Source: Steroidobacteraceae bacterium (GTDB lineage Bacteria > Pseudomonadota > Gammaproteobacteria > Steroidobacterales > Steroidobacteraceae). From it: a stretch of 64,000 nucleotides of DNA. Where the stretch lies: assembly GCA_025451275.1 (NCBI GenBank), contig JANWKR010000040.1, forward strand, positions 118-64,117, in the 5' to 3' direction. The translations under genes and the position numbers were made by a program. Below the pieces are notes generated by a model. That model was not told the origin of the DNA, made no database searches, and saw only the letters and a program-made list of their open reading frames with translations. Shown piece after piece: positions 58,232 to 64,000 of the stretch. Each line of letters opens with the position of its first letter. Within the stretch, counting starts at the first letter, position 1.

Positions 58232-58933
58232 ATGCGCCAGATCCCGCTGGCAGTGCGGCTGCCCGACCGCGCGGTGTTCGCCAGCTTCCTGCCCGGCCCC
58301 AACTCGCAGGCGTTCGCCTACGCGCAGCAGCTCGCCGCCGCGCCCGGCGCCGGACTGACCTGGCTGTGCGGCGCTGCCGGGGCCGGCAAGACGCATCTGC
58401 TGCAGGCGATCTGCGCCGCGGCGAGCGCGCGCTGGCGCGCCGGCTACGTGCCGCTCGCGGACGTCGCCGCGCTCGGAGTGGGAGTGCTCGACGGCCTGCC
58501 GCAGATGCAGGTGCTGTGCCTCGACGACGTCGACCGGGTGGTCGGCCAGGGCGAGTGGGAGCGCGGGGTGTTCGCGCTGCTGCGCGAGCTCGAGGAGGCG
58601 GGCGGCCAGCTGGTGCTGTCGGCGCAGTCACCGCCGGCACTGGTGCCCTGGACGCTCGCCGATCTCGGCTCGCGCTGCGCGGCGGGGACCGTGTTCCAGC
58701 TGCGCGTCCTGGGAGAGCACGAGCAGCAGGCGGCGCTGCGGCTGCGGGCACAGCTGCGCGGCGTCGAGCTGCCGGAGGAGACGCTGCGCTGGCTGCAGCG
58801 GCGCTTCCCGCGCGACATGCGCACGCTGTACGCGCTGCTCGACACGCTCGATGAGGCGGCGCTCGCCGCGCAGCGGCGCCTCACCGTGCCGTTCATCCGC
58901 GAAGTGCTGCGCGCCCGCGATCCGTCCGCGTGA
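58232..58933 (+). CDS. hda: DnaA regulatory inactivator Hda
   Basis: 233 aa. Walker A CGAAGAGKTHLLQA and a DnaA-like AAA+ core (VLCLDDVD). Position downstream of purM is typical. Confidence 0.85.
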   Translation: MRQIPLAVRLPDRAVFASFLPGPNSQAFAYAQQLAAAPGAGLTWLCGAAGAGKTHLLQAICAAASARWRAGYVPLADVAALGVGVLDGLPQMQVLCLDDVDRVVGQGEWERGVFALLRELEEAGGQLVLSAQSPPALVPWTLADLGSRCAAGTVFQLRVLGEHEQQAALRLRAQLRGVELPEETLRWLQRRFPRDMRTLYALLDTLDEAALAAQRRLTVPFIREVLRARDPSA

Positions 58934-58945
58934 GCCGGACCGCCC

Positions 58946-61916
<2,971 letters not shown>

Positions 61917-61930
61917 CGCGCCGCGCGCCC

Positions 61931-62521
61931 TCAGCGCAGCGGCGTCACCTTGATCTTCGGAAAGCCGAGGTCGTCGGCGCCACCCCAGTGGGCCCACTGG
62001 CTGATCACGATGTCGGGGTAGTTGCGCTGGCCCGGGCTGCCGTTGTAGCGGGCGAGCGCCTTACGCACGTCGAAGCGCTCGTGGCCCATGTAGTAGCGCA
62101 GGATCGCGCAGCCCATGCGGATGTTGGGGGCGACGTGCACCAGCTCGTAGCGGTGCATGCCGAGCTTCTCCGGCCAGAACGGCATCACCTGCATCAGGCC
62201 CACGGCGCCGGCCGAGGACACCGCCCAGCGGTCGAAGCGGCTCTCGACCTGGATCAGCGCCATCACCAGCCCGGGCGGCAGACGCGCCTCGCCGCTGCGG
62301 TGCGTCTCGCAGTAGACCTGCTGCAGGATGTCGAGGCGCTGGTCCTGCTCCTTGACCAGCTTGCGCAGCCGCGGCTCCATGAGCTTGTACCAGACCGCCG
62401 AGTCGTACTGGTCGGTGAAGCACTTGGCCTGGCTGATGGCGCGCGCCACGACCGACTCGAGTCCCGGGTCGCGCTGCTGGTCGGCGCAGGCGCCGCCGGG
62501 CAGCAGGCCGAGCAGCAGCAC
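61931..62521 (-). CDS. Lytic transglycosylase (SLT domain)
   Basis: Catalytic region ALIQVESRFDRWAVSSAGAVGLMQVMP ... YNGS. The start is uncertain: GTG 62521 gives VLLLGLLPGGAC..., and no canonical start was seen between it and the proS stop. The longer track ORF overlaps proS. Confidence 0.7.
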   Translation of the reverse strand: MLLLGLLPGGACADQQRDPGLESVVARAISQAKCFTDQYDSAVWYKLMEPRLRKLVKEQDQRLDILQQVYCETHRSGEARLPPGLVMALIQVESRFDRWAVSSAGAVGLMQVMPFWPEKLGMHRYELVHVAPNIRMGCAILRYYMGHERFDVRKALARYNGSPGQRNYPDIVISQWAHWGGADDLGFPKIKVTPLR

Positions 62522-62564
62522 CAGCGCAGCGCCGAGCGGGCCGCAGCGCCGCGCGCCGCTGCTG

Positions 62565-64000
62565 TCAGCGGCCGAGACGCGAGCGCAGGAAGCTGAGCGC
62601 TTCGCCGGCCGGGAACTCGGTGCTGGCGCTGTCGCGACGGTGGCGGTACTCGAGCTTGCCGGCCTCGAGGCCGCGCTCGGCCACCACCAGACGGTGCGGA
62701 ACGCCGAGCAGCTCGGCGTCGGCGAACTTGACGCCCGGGCGCGCGTCGCGGTCGTCGTACAGCACTTCGACTCCGGCGGCACTGAGCTCGGCATACAGGC
62801 GGTCGCTGACCTCGCGCACACGCGCGGACTTCTGCAGGTTAATCGGTACCAGCACCACCTGAAAGGGCGCGATCGGCTCCGGCCAGATGATGCCGCGCTC
62901 ATCGTGGTTCTGCTCGATGGCCGCGGCCACGATGCGCGTCACACCTATGCCATAGCAGCCCATGAGCAGGGTGACTTCCTGGCCGGCCTCGTCGAGCACC
63001 CTCGCCTTCATCGGCGCGCTGTACTTGCTGCCCAGCTGGAAGATGTGGCCGACCTCGATGCCGCGCGCGATCTTCAGGCGGCCGCGGCCCGAGGGGCTCG
63101 GATCGCCCTCGACCACCTTGCGCAGGTCGGCAGCCGGCGCGGCCGGCAGGTCGCGCTCCCAGTTCACCCCGGTGAGGTGCATGTCCTTGTCGTTGGCGCC
63201 GCAGACGAAGTCGGCGAGTGCCAGTGCGGCGTGGTCGGCGTACACGCGGCACTTGAGGCCGACCAGTCCTACGTAGCCGGGCTCGGTGCCGGTGGCGGCC
63301 AGCACGCGGGCCGCGCTTGCCATGCGCAGCGGGCTCGCCACCCCGGGCAGCTTCTGCGCCTTCACCGCGTTGAGCTCGTGGTCGCCGCGTACCACCAGCG
63401 CCACCACCTCATCGCCCGTGCCGTCGACGATCAGCGTCTTGAGGCAGCGCGCCGGCTCCACCTTGAGAAAGCGCGCCAGGTCCTCGATGGTGCGCATGCC
63501 GGGCGTGGCCACCTTGCGCAGCGCCTCGCGCGGGGCCGGGCGCGGCTCCGCCGGCGGCAGCGCCACGGCGGCCTCGAGGTTCGCGGCGTAATCGTCCCCG
63601 TCCGAGAACACGATCGCGTCCTCGCCGGAAGGGGCGAGCACGTGGAACTCCTGGCTGACATCGCCGCCGATGGCGCCGGAGTCGGCGCGCACGGCGCGGA
63701 AGGTGAGCCCGGTGCGGGTGAAGATGCGGGTGTAGGCGTCGTACATGGCGCGGTAGCCGGCCTGCAGCGAGGCCTCATCGAGGTGGAAGGAGTAGGCATC
63801 CTTCATGATGAATTCGCGCGCGCGCATGACGCCGAAGCGTGGCCGCACCTCGTCGCGGAACTTGGTCTGGATCTGGTAGAAGTTGACCGGCAGCTGGCGG
63901 TAGCTCTGCAGCTCGCGCCGCGCGATGTCGGTGATCACTTCCTCGTGCGTGGGACCGGCGACGAAGTCGCGCTCGTGCCGGTCCTTGAAGCGCAGCAGTT
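62565..64000 (-). CDS. proS: Proline--tRNA ligase (5' end beyond the window)
   Basis: Class II aaRS motif 2 region [25 protein letters not shown], an INS editing-domain-sized insertion, and C-terminal anticodon-binding domain LVPIN...[31 protein letters not shown]. The frame stays open to nt 64000 ([24 protein letters not shown]). Confidence 0.93.
   Translation of the reverse strand, partial: LLRFKDRHERDFVAGPTHEEVITDIARRELQSYRQLPVNFYQIQTKFRDEVRPRFGVMRAREFIMKDAYSFHLDEASLQAGYRAMYDAYTRIFTRTGLTFRAVRADSGAIGGDVSQEFHVLAPSGEDAIVFSDGDDYAANLEAAVALPPAEPRPAPREALRKVATPGMRTIEDLARFLKVEPARCLKTLIVDGTGDEVVALVVRGDHELNAVKAQKLPGVASPLRMASAARVLAATGTEPGYVGLVGLKCRVYADHAALALADFVCGANDKDMHLTGVNWERDLPAAPAADLRKVVEGDPSPSGRGRLKIARGIEVGHIFQLGSKYSAPMKARVLDEAGQEVTLLMGCYGIGVTRIVAAAIEQNHDERGIIWPEPIAPFQVVLVPINLQKSARVREVSDRLYAELSAAGVEVLYDDRDARPGVKFADAELLGVPHRLVVAERGLEAGKLEYRHRRDSASTEFPAGEALSFLRSRLGR

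Overview
This is a high-GC (about 70% by eye) bacterial chromosome segment. Gene content and synteny look gammaproteobacterial, Xanthomonadales/Nevskiales-like; that is inference only. I support about 57 protein genes, one tRNA and a few RNA/DNA structures.

Most of the window is core housekeeping:
- ribF-ileS-lspA-ispH
- nadC
- grxD / rnt-pyrC-M17 peptidase
- aceE-aceF-lpdA
- nth and metG
- apbC-dcd
- purN-purM, then DUF2066, a CDP-alcohol transferase and hda
- wrbA, acyP, ggt
- proS, cut by the right edge

Accessory or unusual content:
1. An MFP-RND operon with a LpxL-type acyltransferase as its third gene and no outer-membrane factor.
2. A roughly 4.3 kb lower-GC islet bounded by tRNA-Thr(CGU) and a decayed direct copy of the tRNA 3' half. 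It carries two divergent Crp/Fnr paralogues, a duplicated Zn-ribbon ORF, decayed membrane-gene fragments and an orphan histidine kinase. No integrase is present.
3. A marR-OMF-emrA-emrB operon ending in a Cys-poor Fur-family gene.
4. A translationally coupled P450 / FAAL-carrier-protein pair, divergent from a DUF374 acyltransferase.
5. A GAF-PAS-PAS-GGDEF-EAL protein.
6. The best candidate for an undescribed system: a HEAT-repeat Hanks-type Ser/Thr kinase followed by two non-canonical PilT-family ATPases. This module sits between the normally adjacent divergent pair apbC/metG, and no other pilus genes occur in the window.

Many long ORFs in the supplied track are antisense or out-of-frame shadows typical of high-GC DNA and were rejected. 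All family assignments come from motifs read by eye. No database search was run.
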